Source: Dehalococcoidales bacterium
Lineage (GTDB): Bacteria; Chloroflexota; Dehalococcoidia; Dehalococcoidales; CSSed11-197
DNA length: 64,000 nucleotides
Direction of reading: 5' to 3'
Assembly (NCBI GenBank): GCA_028717385.1
Contig: JAQUNW010000002.1
Location: forward strand, 3,465-67,464
A model generated the notes under the pieces. That model had not been told where the DNA came from. It saw only the letters and a program-made list of their open reading frames with translations, and made no database searches. This document shows, one piece after another, positions 17,882 through 27,734 of the stretch. A program made the position numbers and the translations under genes. How positions within the stretch are numbered: position 1 is the first letter of the stretch; each line of letters begins with the position of its first letter.

Positions 17882-18719
17882 AATCCATGTTTTTAGATGA
17901 ATGCGTTAACGCTCCGATAGAGATAATATCTACACCGGTAGCTGCTACCTCAGCGACGTTTTCCAGTGTTATTCCGCCTGAAGCCTCCAGTTTAACTCTT
18001 CCTGAAAGAGCTTTGGCTACTTTCTTCATATCAGCCGAAGGCATATTGTCCAGCAGGATGATATCTGACCCTGAATCAGCAGCCTGCAGAGCCTCATCAT
18101 AACTGGTAACCTCAACTTCTACTTTGATTTCTTCCGGGGCATTTCTCCTGGCAAGAGCTACGATTTCCCCCAGGTTTTTTCCAGATGTTCTAAGTGCGTT
18201 GAGATGATTATCCTTTATCAACACTCCATCGGCCAAGTTCATTCGATGGTTATATCCCCCACCAGCCTTGACTGCGTATTTTTCAAATATCCGGAGAGTT
18301 GGTTTTGTTTTTCGGGTATCACAAATAACAGCACTGGTGCCCTTCACCCGTTCTGCAAACCGGGCAGCCAGGGATGCGATGCCGCTCATCCAGCCCAGCA
18401 CATTCAGCGCAGTTCGCTCTGCACGTAAAATCCCCTGCGCTTTACCCCTGATGCGAATTACAGCTTCTCCGGGATTAACGACATCCCCATCTTGGAAATA
18501 CAGGGTGATATCAAGCGTCTTATCAACCATTTTAAATGCTTGTGAACAGATATCTAATCCGGCTAATACACCTTTCTCCTGAGCCAGAATGATAGCATCC
18601 ATGTTCAACTCATCAGGTATAACCAGCAAGGTGGTGACATCATCGTTGACCCGATCTTCTTCCAATGCCCGGTGAAGAAATTGGTTTATTATTGATTCAT
18701 TTAACTCAGCTTCCACCAC
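17856..18719 (-). CDS. nadC: nicotinate-nucleotide pyrophosphorylase (quinolinate phosphoribosyltransferase)
   Basis: Typical NadC sequence. I place the start at GTG 18719, with GGAG RBS, 1 nt after the nadB stop, rather than at the track start 18782. Confidence 0.85.
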   Translation of the reverse strand: MVEAELNESIINQFLHRALEEDRVNDDVTTLLVIPDELNMDAIILAQEKGVLAGLDICSQAFKMVDKTLDITLYFQDGDVVNPGEAVIRIRGKAQGILRAERTALNVLGWMSGIASLAARFAERVKGTSAVICDTRKTKPTLRIFEKYAVKAGGGYNHRMNLADGVLIKDNHLNALRTSGKNLGEIVALARRNAPEEIKVEVEVTSYDEALQAADSGSDIILLDNMPSADMKKVAKALSGRVKLEASGGITLENVAEVAATGVDIISIGALTHSSKNMDFSLEVADY

Positions 18720-18720
18720 T

Positions 18721-20259
18721 TTACTCCTTCTTGAAAACAATATGTCTTTGCCATTCTTCGCTCTTTTGGGGATACTCTTCAAGATAATGAGCGCCGCGGC
18801 TTTCTTTCCTGGTAAAGGCTGCTTCTACCAGCAAGCGTGCTATTAAAACCAGGTTGCTGAGCTCAAATTCCTTTTGCCCTTCCGGATTATTCATTTGTGC
18901 CTGCCAGCTTGACAAAATCTGTCTGGCTTCGGCCAGGCCTTTTTCATTTCTTAAAATACCAGCTTTATACCATAGAAGGTTTTGCAGGCATTCAAGCGTA
19001 GGTGCGTCAACACCGCCAGCCAGTTCCGAAACCGGCAACCGCAATGCTACTGTTTCTATTACAGGGGGTGTTTTATTAATTGTTTCCCTGTTCACAGTGC
19101 AATCTATTATGCGATGACTATACACCAGAACCTCCATTAAAGAATTGGAGGCCAGGCGGTTAGCGCCATGTACTCCGGTGCAAGAGGCTTCTCCGGCAAC
19201 AAACAGATTCTTTATATTTGTCTCTCCGTAATAGTCAACCTGCACACCCCCGATCATATAATGGGCAGCTGGGGCTACTGGTATCGGCTCTCTGGTAATA
19301 TCGAGCCCGTTTTCCAGACAAAAACGATATATCTGCGGAAAGCGTGCAGCAATCCGCCGTGGAGACATATGGCGTATATCAAGAAAAACGCTATCCGTAC
19401 TGGTTTTTGTCATTTCAGCCACGATGGAGCGCGCCACCACATCTCGAGGAGCAAGCTCTGCCTCTCGTGCATATTGCGGCATAAATCTTTCTCCACTGGA
19501 GTTTAAAAGCACACCCCCCTCACCCCTGACGGCTTCAGAAATCAGAAAGGGCGAGAGGCCGGGAATACAGAGAGCTGTAGGATGAAACTGGAAAAATTCA
19601 ATATCTGTTACCTGCGCTCCAGCCCTATAGGCAAGAGCTACACCGTCTCCAGTAGCTACCGCCGGGTTTGTAGTAAGACGATAAAGTTGACCTGCACCAC
19701 CAGTAGCCAGGATAACAAACCGGGACCGCAGCTGTTTGAATTCCCCGGGACGGTCTCCAAATAATTTTATCCCATCAGCAATTCCATTATTAGTTATTAT
19801 CTCGCAAACCAGGGAATTCTCTTCCAGATGAATACGTGAATTTAGAACCAGGCGGCTTAAAGCTTCTTCTATACGGGCTCCAGTAGCATCCCCTCCTGCA
19901 TGCAGAATACGCGCCATGCTGTGCGCTGCTTCCAGCGTAAGTGCTATCTGTCCATCAACGGTATCGAAATCTACCCCCATCTGTACCAGATCGGCAATCC
20001 GGGCAGGAGCTTCCTCTGTTAATATTCTCACCGCGTTTTCATCACAAAGGCCAGCTCCTGCTTTCAGGGTATCTTTCGTATGGATTTCAGATGAATCCCC
20101 CAGGCCAATGGCAGCAGCAACACCACCCTGGGCAAGGCGTGAGTTGCAATCGCTTAGCTTACCTTTGGTAACCAGCAGGACAGTTCCATACCGCACAGCC
20201 AGAAGAGCTGAATATAGCCCGGCTATACCGCTGCCAACGATGATATAATCGTAATTCGT
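18721..20259 (-). CDS. nadB: L-aspartate oxidase (start codon unresolved)
   Basis: Track ORF starts at GTG 20196, but the FAD-binding 'DYIIVGSGIAGLYSALLA' is encoded upstream at 20250-20197 in the same frame. There is no ATG, GTG or TTG between that motif and the yajC stop. Confidence 0.8.
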   Translation of the reverse strand, partial: TNYDYIIVGSGIAGLYSALLAVRYGTVLLVTKGKLSDCNSRLAQGGVAAAIGLGDSSEIHTKDTLKAGAGLCDENAVRILTEEAPARIADLVQMGVDFDTVDGQIALTLEAAHSMARILHAGGDATGARIEEALSRLVLNSRIHLEENSLVCEIITNNGIADGIKLFGDRPGEFKQLRSRFVILATGGAGQLYRLTTNPAVATGDGVALAYRAGAQVTDIEFFQFHPTALCIPGLSPFLISEAVRGEGGVLLNSSGERFMPQYAREAELAPRDVVARSIVAEMTKTSTDSVFLDIRHMSPRRIAARFPQIYRFCLENGLDITREPIPVAPAAHYMIGGVQVDYYGETNIKNLFVAGEASCTGVHGANRLASNSLMEVLVYSHRIIDCTVNRETINKTPPVIETVALRLPVSELAGGVDAPTLECLQNLLWYKAGILRNEKGLAEARQILSSWQAQMNNPEGQKEFELSNLVLIARLLVEAAFTRKESRGAHYLEEYPQKSEEWQRHIVFKKE

Positions 20260-20280
20260 CTTACCCCCTCCCGATTCAAA

Positions 20281-20556
20281 CTAGGATGTTTTTGGTTCTC
20301 CATCACGAAACGCAATACTTGCACGAGACATACGAACAGTTGCTCCGGATTCCAATTTTAATAGAACAGTTTCTTCGTTCATGCTGTCTATTACTCCATG
20401 GATGCCACCGATTGTAATTACCTTATCACCAACACTCAGGCTGGCAAGCAGCGCCTGGTGTTCCTGTTGGCGCTTGCGCTGGGGGCGGATGATAAGAAAG
20501 TAAAACATGCCGAACATAAGCACCATGAACACAACCAGTATCAAAGTCTGATCCAT
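20281..20556 (-). CDS. yajC: preprotein translocase subunit YajC
   Basis: 'FMVLMFGMFYFLIIRPQRKRQQEHQALLASLSVGDKVITIGGIHG'. Confidence 0.85.
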   Translation of the reverse strand: MDQTLILVVFMVLMFGMFYFLIIRPQRKRQQEHQALLASLSVGDKVITIGGIHGVIDSMNEETVLLKLESGATVRMSRASIAFRDGEPKTS

Positions 20557-20584
20557 TTGAAACCTCCTTAAGGTTAAAGAATAC

Positions 20585-21829
20585 TTATAAAGAACCTCTG
20601 AGAAACCAGGGGCTGGAATGTTCTATTTTAACCGGGGCAAGTTTACCCAACCAATTGTCGGAATGTTCAAAAAATACCAACTTGTCACTTTGACTGCGTC
20701 CGTACCATCTACCTTTCTTCCTTCCCTCTACCAACACCTCAACGGTCAGCCCAACCAGGTTACTGTTTACTTCCGCGGCTATCTTCCCCTGAACTTCTTC
20801 TACCAGCTGTCGGCGCTGCACCTTTTCTGCCAAGGGAACATCATCAACATACTGCCGGGAAGCAAGCGTCTGGGGTCTTGGTGAATACATTGCTGCATGC
20901 ACGAAATCAAAGCGGGCTTCCTCCAGAAATTTCAATGTGTTATTAAACTGCTCAGCGCTTTCTCCGGGAAAGCCTACAATAATATCAGTGGTTATAGCAA
21001 CATCGCTCACCCCTCTGCGGAGCTCGTTCAGCAGCTTGCGATAGTGTTCAAGGGTATAACCCCTTTCCATCTTCTGTAAAATATCATCGTCTCCGGACTG
21101 CACAGGCAGATTCAATTGCTTGCATACCTTTTCCAGTTTGGCCATTGCCTGAATAAGACGCATGCTCATATCTTTGGGGTGGTTGGTTAAAAAGCGGATA
21201 CGCTCCAGATTTTCTATGTTATTTATTCGCTCAAGCAAGTCAGCAAGGTCGGATTTTTCTTCCAGGTCATGCCCATAGGAATCAACATTTTGGCCCAATA
21301 ACACCAGCTCGCGCGCGCCTCCATCTACCAGGTATCTTGCCTCTTTTTCGATTTCGTCTATCGGGCGGCTTTTTTCCCGCCCGCGCCGATAGGGAACTAT
21401 ACAATAACTGCAAAAATTATTACATCCCTGGATAATAGTTATTCCGCTACTGATAGCAGCCGGCCGTGGCAGAAAATAACTGTTAACATCTATTAGATCA
21501 ACAAACGTCGGCGTGGATCCCGCCATAAAGAAATAATCTACAAAAGGATACCGTCGGCGCATATCTGCCAAATCGCTGGTAACAAAACAGCCAGTCAGCG
21601 TGATTTTTTTACCCGGATGGGTGGTTTTCAGGTGCTTGAGACGCATTAGTTTATTAACCACACGGTTTTCAGCACTTTCGCGGATGACGCAGCTGTTGAT
21701 AATAATCAGATCAGCATCTTGTTCATGGTCTGTGCTGTTATAACCATGGTTTTCCAGTAGGGCAGCCAGTCTTTCGGATTCAGCCCTATTCATCTGACAA
21801 CCTATGGTCCAGATATAGTATGAAGGCAT
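20585..21829 (-). CDS. miaB: radical-SAM tRNA methylthiotransferase (MiaB family)
   Basis: N-terminal 'YIWTIGCQMN' UPF0004 cysteines, 'GCNNFCSYCIVP' radical-SAM CxxxCxxC motif, and a TRAM-like C-terminus. Confidence 0.85.
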   Translation of the reverse strand: MPSYYIWTIGCQMNRAESERLAALLENHGYNSTDHEQDADLIIINSCVIRESAENRVVNKLMRLKHLKTTHPGKKITLTGCFVTSDLADMRRRYPFVDYFFMAGSTPTFVDLIDVNSYFLPRPAAISSGITIIQGCNNFCSYCIVPYRRGREKSRPIDEIEKEARYLVDGGARELVLLGQNVDSYGHDLEEKSDLADLLERINNIENLERIRFLTNHPKDMSMRLIQAMAKLEKVCKQLNLPVQSGDDDILQKMERGYTLEHYRKLLNELRRGVSDVAITTDIIVGFPGESAEQFNNTLKFLEEARFDFVHAAMYSPRPQTLASRQYVDDVPLAEKVQRRQLVEEVQGKIAAEVNSNLVGLTVEVLVEGRKKGRWYGRSQSDKLVFFEHSDNWLGKLAPVKIEHSSPWFLRGSL

Positions 21830-21922
21830 ATAGTATTTCCAATTCGGGGACAGATTAGCAGGAAAACATCCTGCCGCCTGCTTAAAACAGTATCAACCGG
21901 GGAACGGTTTAAGCGAAAACAC

Positions 21923-22014
21923 TGGCGGAGGGAGAGGGATTCGAACCCTCGACACCGGTTTCCCGATGTAAGCGCTTAGCAGGCGCCCGCACTAGACCTC
22001 TATGCGATCCCTCC
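21923..22014 (-). tRNA. tRNA-Ser (anticodon GCT), CCA encoded
   Basis: Minus strand reads GGAGGGA...CCTGCTAAGCG, with anticodon loop CT-GCT-AA. It has a long variable arm, T-arm GAGGGTTCGAATCCCTC and 3' end TCCCTCC-G-CCA. Confidence 0.9.
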
Positions 22015-22446
22015 CCGCCAAGGGCCGTTTGGCCCAGTTACCGGTTTAATATATCACATTCAGTATAAAACCTTAAAGTCTAACCCTTCTTCTGTGCCTA
22101 AAAATTTATACATAGTGTTTAAATGTGGTTTTGTGTTACCTTTTATACAAGTATGGATTATTGGTAAACATAAAGAAAGTTTATTTTTCCCCCATTTTTT
22201 TCCCAGATACAGATGTGCCATTAAGCGCAAATTCGGGCGTTTAAGGGAGCTTTTCTGAGATTTTGGCGAGGGGTGCGTTTGCTCAATCCGCCACAAAAGC
22301 CTTGCCCTCGATATCGGGGTATTGTTAACATTACCCCCGGTTTTATAATATCTTTCTTTATAAATACCCTGGATTATTCATATCAGTCTGTATTTCCCGA
22401 TCGTACGGGTGAGAATCACTTATTTAAAAGGAGTTCTGGTTTAATA

Positions 22447-23772
22447 ATGCCTTTAGCACCACAAATATGGCAGGCGGCTCTCGGAGAATTAGAGCTTCAA
22501 ATGACCCGCCCTAATTTTAATACCTGGCTTAAAGGCACTACCGGGCTTAGTTTTAATGATGGTGTTTTTACAATTGGCGTCCCCAGTTCTTTTGTTGCTG
22601 AATACCTCGAAACAAGCCAATATTCACTTATAGAACGCACTATAATGCGACTCGCCTCCCGTAATGTTAAAATTTGCTTTCAAGTCACCGGTCCCGGTGC
22701 AGATAAAAACGGGCTCAACAACGACAGAAAAACCCCTGATACCACCGTCCACCATCGTTTTAATCCTAGATACACATTCGAAAGCTTTGTTACCGGCAAT
22801 GGCAATCAACTGGCTCACGCGGCGGCAGTAAGCACCGCAAAAGGACCTGGGCAACTCTATAATCCCCTGTTTTTATACGGAGGTGTGGGACTCGGTAAAA
22901 CCCACCTTCTTCATGCTATCGGTCACGTTGCAACAAAAAATAACTTGCAGGCGCTTTACGTCAGCGGCGAGCAGTTCACTAACGACTTTGTCGGCTCTAT
23001 TCGCTCAGGGAACGGAGAAGAATTCCGCAACCGTTATCGTAGTGTAGATATCCTCCTGGTAGACGATATCCAATTTATCAGTGGTAAAAACCAAACAGAA
23101 GAGTGTTTTTTCCATACCTTCAACGAATTGCATAACGGCTCTCGCCAGATAGTTCTTTCAAGTGATCGAACTCCAAAAGAAATGCCTTTGATTGAAGATC
23201 GCCTTCGTTCCAGATTTGAATGGGGGTTAACCGTTGATATACAACCACCAGAATTTGAAACTCGAATGGCAATACTTAAAGCTAAAGTAGAGCGTGATGG
23301 TATCAAGGTTATGCCCGAAGTACTTGAGTTTATTGCCAAAGAAATTAATACAAACGTACGCGAATTGGAAGGTTCACTTAACCGCATTACTGCTTATTCC
23401 AGGCTTCTCCAAGCAGAAATTACTCCCGAGCTTGCACGTAGAGCTATCACTGATATCGGTTCAGGTTCTAAAAACGGTCATTCACCGGATGCTATCATCC
23501 GTGAAGTTGCGGCCTCTTTTTCACTAGAACCTGATGATCTAACTGGTCCGCGTAGAGATAAAACCACCGCACTTGCCCGCCAATTGGCTATGTACTTATT
23601 GAAAAGTTATCATAACTACCCGCTTGTGCAGATTGGAGAGCTGTTGGGAGGGCGCAACGCCTCTACAGTTAGCCATGCGTGCGATAAGATATCACGAGAT
23701 ATCAATAACAACCCTCCTCTTAAACGACAAGTTGAAACCATTCGTAACAAGTTTTCTTCTTCATTAAGCTAA
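22447..23772 (+). CDS. dnaA: chromosomal replication initiator protein DnaA
   Basis: 'NPLFLYGGVGLGKTHLLHAIG' Walker A, 'LLVDDIQF' Walker B, and the C-terminal DNA-binding domain. Start chosen at ATG 22447 (MPLAPQIWQAALGELELQM), not track start 22273. Confidence 0.95.
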   Translation: MPLAPQIWQAALGELELQMTRPNFNTWLKGTTGLSFNDGVFTIGVPSSFVAEYLETSQYSLIERTIMRLASRNVKICFQVTGPGADKNGLNNDRKTPDTTVHHRFNPRYTFESFVTGNGNQLAHAAAVSTAKGPGQLYNPLFLYGGVGLGKTHLLHAIGHVATKNNLQALYVSGEQFTNDFVGSIRSGNGEEFRNRYRSVDILLVDDIQFISGKNQTEECFFHTFNELHNGSRQIVLSSDRTPKEMPLIEDRLRSRFEWGLTVDIQPPEFETRMAILKAKVERDGIKVMPEVLEFIAKEINTNVRELEGSLNRITAYSRLLQAEITPELARRAITDIGSGSKNGHSPDAIIREVAASFSLEPDDLTGPRRDKTTALARQLAMYLLKSYHNYPLVQIGELLGGRNASTVSHACDKISRDINNNPPLKRQVETIRNKFSSSLS

Positions 23773-23780
23773 ATCCTCCA

Positions 23781-24038
23781 TTATCAGCCTTTTAATACAT
23801 TTCGTATAACTGTACCCGCTTATTTCATGATACCCTTGGAAAATTCAATGTTATTTTGATAACTCTAGTTAAAATTTTCGATAACTCCAATTGGTTTTCG
23901 ATAAGTCGAATTATTACTACGTTTAAATTATCGTCATTTTAAAATTCTACCAGCTACAAAATAATATGCTATTATTACTAAGGCTAAAAAACATATAAGT
24001 CTTCCAAGAATGCATGTATTGATTGGAATAATAATAGC
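23781..24038. promoter_or_regulatory. candidate oriC: phased TTTTCGATAA(C/G)TC repeats plus AT-rich region
   Basis: Direct copies at 23854-23865, 23875-23887 and 23895-23907, spaced 20-21 bp apart. A looser copy lies at about 23800 (tttcgtataactg) and an inverted TTATCG at 23928. TTATCAG is at 23781. These are followed by about 130 nt of very AT-rich sequence. Confidence 0.5.
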
Positions 24039-25304
24039 GTGTTCGATAGAGCGAAAATAATAATAAAATCTGGAAAAGGTGGAGCTGGCCTGGCAAGTTT
24101 CCGCCATGAGAAATTTGTTCCCTTTGGCGGTCCTGATGGGGGTGATGGGGGTGATGGAGGTGATATTATCCTGTTAGTTGATCGAAATGAGGATACCCTT
24201 AAAAAATATTATTTTAAAAAAGAATATAGTGCCGAGAATGGGATGCCTGGTCAGCACCGTAAAAAAACAGGCAAATCAGGAAAGAAGCTGATTTTAAAAA
24301 TCCCACCTGGGACAATAATAACCGATATTACTGATCCAGAAAATCCGCATATTATAGCTGATATGGATACCGAGGGGGATGTTTTAGTTGCCGCTAAAGG
24401 GGGGAAAGGCGGCATTGGCAATGTGCACTTTACTTCTTCTACTAACCAGGCACCAAAGTTGGCGTCGGTTGGAGAAGGATCAGAAGAAAAAGTTTTACAA
24501 CTGGAGTTAAAACTAATAGCGGATGTGGGTATAATTGGGCTTCCCAACGCCGGGAAATCTTCCTTGCTTGCTGTAAGTTCAGGCGCCAAGCCCAGGATAG
24601 CCAGCTATCCGTTTACTACACTTGAACCTGAACTCGGTACGGTAGTTTATGCAAAATCCTCGTTTGTGATGGCAGATATTCCGGGATTGATCGAAGGGGC
24701 AGCAGACGGTAAGGGTTTAGGGCATGAATTTCTTCGCCATATTATTCGTACTAAATTGTTAATCCATCTGATAGACGGAAGCTCTCTAGAGCCAATTAAT
24801 GATTTTAAAATAGTTAACCGGGAACTCAATCGATATGATCCTAATCTTTTACACAAACAGCAAATCGTTGTAGTTAATAAGATAGACAAACCAGAAACCC
24901 AGTCCAGAATAGGGGAGATAATAAGGGAATTTGCATCCGAAGGAATTAATCCGTTGTTTATTTCTGCTCTTGCTGGAGAAGGCGTAGAAGGGCTCATTGA
25001 TAAAGTGGATAGACAACTTACCAAAATTGCGGCAATCCAACCGGTAGAAATCGGCGAGCAAGGGAAAATCTTCAGGCCAAAACCATTAAAACAAGGCCCT
25101 TTGATTAAACGTGAGGATGATAGCCTGGTAGTGGTTGATCCTGACCTTGAGCGTTTAGTAGCTGGTAGTGATATTGGTGATACTGAAGTGCGCAGACAAT
25201 TATGGCGAATGATAGAGAAAAGAGTAGGAGTTAAAAATATAGAAAAAGCCGGCGTTAAACCCGGTGATGTGATTCGTGTTGGAGACTTTGAATGGCGGTG
25301 GTAA
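24039..25304 (+). CDS. obg: GTPase Obg/CgtA
   Basis: 'FDRAKIIIKSGKGGAGLASFRHEKFVPFGGPDGGDGGDGG' Obg fold and 'GLPNAGKSSLL' G1 motif. Confidence 0.95.
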   Translation: MFDRAKIIIKSGKGGAGLASFRHEKFVPFGGPDGGDGGDGGDIILLVDRNEDTLKKYYFKKEYSAENGMPGQHRKKTGKSGKKLILKIPPGTIITDITDPENPHIIADMDTEGDVLVAAKGGKGGIGNVHFTSSTNQAPKLASVGEGSEEKVLQLELKLIADVGIIGLPNAGKSSLLAVSSGAKPRIASYPFTTLEPELGTVVYAKSSFVMADIPGLIEGAADGKGLGHEFLRHIIRTKLLIHLIDGSSLEPINDFKIVNRELNRYDPNLLHKQQIVVVNKIDKPETQSRIGEIIREFASEGINPLFISALAGEGVEGLIDKVDRQLTKIAAIQPVEIGEQGKIFRPKPLKQGPLIKREDDSLVVVDPDLERLVAGSDIGDTEVRRQLWRMIEKRVGVKNIEKAGVKPGDVIRVGDFEWRW

Positions 25305-25311
25305 TAATCCG

Positions 25312-25911
25312 GTGAAACTTGGGATACTTGGAGGGACGTTCGATCCACCCCATAATGGGCATCTGCAGATTGGACGTGAAGCATTACGGGCTCTGGGGCT
25401 TGATCGTGTTGTTTTTATGGTTGCCGGGTCTCCTCAATTAAAGCGTAACCCTGTCATTACTCCGGCCGAGCAGAGACTGGCAATGACAGAACTTGCTGTA
25501 AATGAAGAAAAATACTTTGAAGTTTCCCCCCTTGAAGTGCGCAGAAAAGGAGCTACATATACAGCTCAAACACTGGCGGAGATAGATCAACTTGGGGGCG
25601 GAAAGGATAAGCTGTTTTTTATAATCGGGATGGATAATCTCTCCAATTTGAGATCTTGGTATAAACCCGAAGAAATCATTAGAAAGAGTACTCTTGTAGT
25701 AGTTCCCCGTCCGGATTCAGCTGAAGTCGATATCGCACAGCTGGAGAAGGATATCCCAGGAATTACTCGACGATTAAAAATATTGGAAGGCCCGTTGATA
25801 AATATCAGCGCCTCGGATATCCGCAGGAAAGCCAGCAAGGGTGAAGATATTACCTGCCTGGTGCCGCATAAAGTGGCAGAGTACATAAAACAAAATCAAC
25901 TCTATGTTTAA
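25312..25911 (+). CDS. nadD: nicotinate-nucleotide adenylyltransferase
   Basis: 'GILGGTFDPPHNGH' (T/H)xGH motif. Start is ambiguous: GTG 25312, or TTG 25276/25285. Confidence 0.85.
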   Translation: MKLGILGGTFDPPHNGHLQIGREALRALGLDRVVFMVAGSPQLKRNPVITPAEQRLAMTELAVNEEKYFEVSPLEVRRKGATYTAQTLAEIDQLGGGKDKLFFIIGMDNLSNLRSWYKPEEIIRKSTLVVVPRPDSAEVDIAQLEKDIPGITRRLKILEGPLINISASDIRRKASKGEDITCLVPHKVAEYIKQNQLYV

Positions 25912-25957
25912 CATCCAGTCAAGCCACTGATAAGTCTATATTTAAGAGGCAGCAAAG

Positions 25958-26419
25958 ATGGAATTGGAATCAGATTTAGGTAATGAATCCTCAAATTTTT
26001 CGTGTTTTTTATGTGGTGAATGTTGCAGCCGATATCAGGTTAGGGTGAGTTTGTCTGAAGCCAGGTGCATCAGCGAGAAGTTGGGGATAGAATGTGAAGA
26101 TTTCCTTGAGCGTTATACTGACTCAAGGTGGCCAGGTGAAAAAAGCTTCCTTTTAATTCATCGAAATGGAGCCTGCGTGTTTCTTAAGCGGGTTGTTGGT
26201 GAGCACATCGCGATGTGCTCGATCCATAGTTTTAAACCGGATTCGTGTATACAATGGACGGCTGGACCATATCGGAAGGAATGCCGGTATGGTCTTGAGC
26301 GCTGTTGGAACCTGAGTATTGGGGAAAATGGGCAACTTATCGGCAGCCAGAATAATATCGACCGGTTTGAAAGCTTTGTTTCATCACTTGATTCGGAAAT
26401 GCCTGAACCTCAGGAATAA
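25958..26419 (+). CDS. YkgJ-family cysteine-cluster (UPF0153) protein
   Basis: 'CFLCGECCSRYQVRV' CxxCxxCC signature and later Cys residues. Confidence 0.7.
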   Translation: MELESDLGNESSNFSCFLCGECCSRYQVRVSLSEARCISEKLGIECEDFLERYTDSRWPGEKSFLLIHRNGACVFLKRVVGEHIAMCSIHSFKPDSCIQWTAGPYRKECRYGLERCWNLSIGENGQLIGSQNNIDRFESFVSSLDSEMPEPQE

Positions 26420-26551
26420 TAATATCGGCCAGCGGTTGTTATTCAGGCGATAAGATTTCTCGTATATAAACAGGCGCTTTACTGATATTCCAAAATTATA
26501 AAGAGCCTGATGGGACTTAAAACCTTTAATTCAGTATGATATAATGGCCTT

Positions 26552-26645
26552 GGAGGCGGATAGGCCCTGGTGGGTCTCGCGGACTTCAAATCCGTTGGCG
26601 GGGACCTGGTCGCCGCGGGGGGTTCGATTCCCTCCCCCTCCGCCA
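26552..26645 (+). tRNA. selC: tRNA-Sec (anticodon TCA)
   Basis: GGAGGCGG acceptor. Anticodon loop is C-T-TCA-AA, with the anticodon at 26586-26588. It has a long variable arm (gttggcggggacctggtcgccgc), T-loop GGTTCGATTCC and 3' ..CTCCG-CCA. It lies directly upstream of selD. Confidence 0.88.
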
Positions 26646-26684
26646 TCATTTGATTAGTAATCTGTTCGGAAAGGAGGCGCTCAA

Positions 26685-27734
26685 ATGCCTGATAAACCAG
26701 TAAATCTTATGAGCTTGTCGGAATACTCCGGCTGAGCAGCCAAAATAAGTCCGGGAGACTTAGAAAAAGCACTTAGCGGCCTGGAGTTTAAGTACAACCC
26801 CAACGTACTTGTAGGGATTGAAACTAACGACGATGCCGGCGTTTACCGCATTTCAGACGATACAGCATTGGTTCAAACGCTTGATTTTATTACCGCCATA
26901 GGAGACGGTGAAGGTTACACCTTTGGCCAAATAGCGGCGGCGAATTCCCTTTCGGACGTTTGGGCAATGGGAGGCAAGCCTATTACCGCTATGAGTATTG
27001 TTTGTTTTCCCTCAGATAAACTCGAGACATCAGTACTGCGTTCAATAATTTTGGGCGCATTGGATAAAGTTAATGAGGCCGGAGTGGCTCTGGTTGGTGG
27101 CCACAGTGTAAGGGATAATGAGCTTAAATTTGGCCTCTCGGTTACCGGTATTGTTCATCCGGACCGGATTATTACTAATAAAGGGGCTAGGCAGGGCGAT
27201 AAACTGATATTAACAAAACCGCTCGGTACCGGAATATTAAACACAGCCATGAAAGCCGGCATGCTGGAAGAAAGCCTTAAAAAGAAGACAGTAGGTTATA
27301 TGACTCGCTTGAACAAAGCCGCAGGAGAAGTTATGGCCGAGATGGGAGCCAGCGCTGCTACTGATATTACCGGTTTTGGCTTGATCGGGCATACCTGGGA
27401 AATGGCCAGCGGGAGCAATGTTGCAGTTCAGTTGGAGGTAACAAAGGTACCTGTATTGGAGAAGGTAATTGAATTCTCCCGTATGGGTATTGTGCCGGGT
27501 AAACTACACGATAATATTAATTATTATGCATGCCGAGTTGAGGGCGATCTGAAAAACGATGAGGACTGGATGAGTATCCTCAACGATCCTCAAACATCTG
27601 GTGGATTGCTTATTTCTGTTTCTGAAGATAAAGCCGGGGATATGCTCCGTTTCATACACGATTCCGGAAGTCCTGAGGCGGCCATTATTGGCCAGGTAAC
27701 CGAAGGGCACAAAGGGCATATATATCTAAAATGA
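26685..27734 (+). CDS. selD: selenide, water dikinase (selenophosphate synthetase), Sec-containing (UGA at 26733-26735)
   Basis: Track shows only 26868-27734. Manual upstream translation is MPDKPVNLMSLSEYSG-U-AAKISPGDLEKALSGLEF...DDAGVYRISDDTALVQTLDF, in frame. U aligns with the catalytic Cys/Sec of SelD (E. coli ..GAGCGCKISP..). RBS is AAGGAGG. Confidence 0.9.
26746..26762 (+). promoter_or_regulatory. candidate SECIS hairpin for selD
   Basis: TAAGTC-CGGGA-GACTTA, a 6-bp stem with a 5-nt G-rich loop. It starts 11 nt after the UGA. Confidence 0.5.

Noticed and set aside
22060-22446. ORF 22060-22296 (-) and the 58-codon upstream extension of dnaA (22273-22446).
   Set aside because: The region is AT-rich and non-coding in appearance. 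The DnaA N-terminus aligns from MPLAPQIWQAAL. The minus ORF has no RBS or family resemblance.
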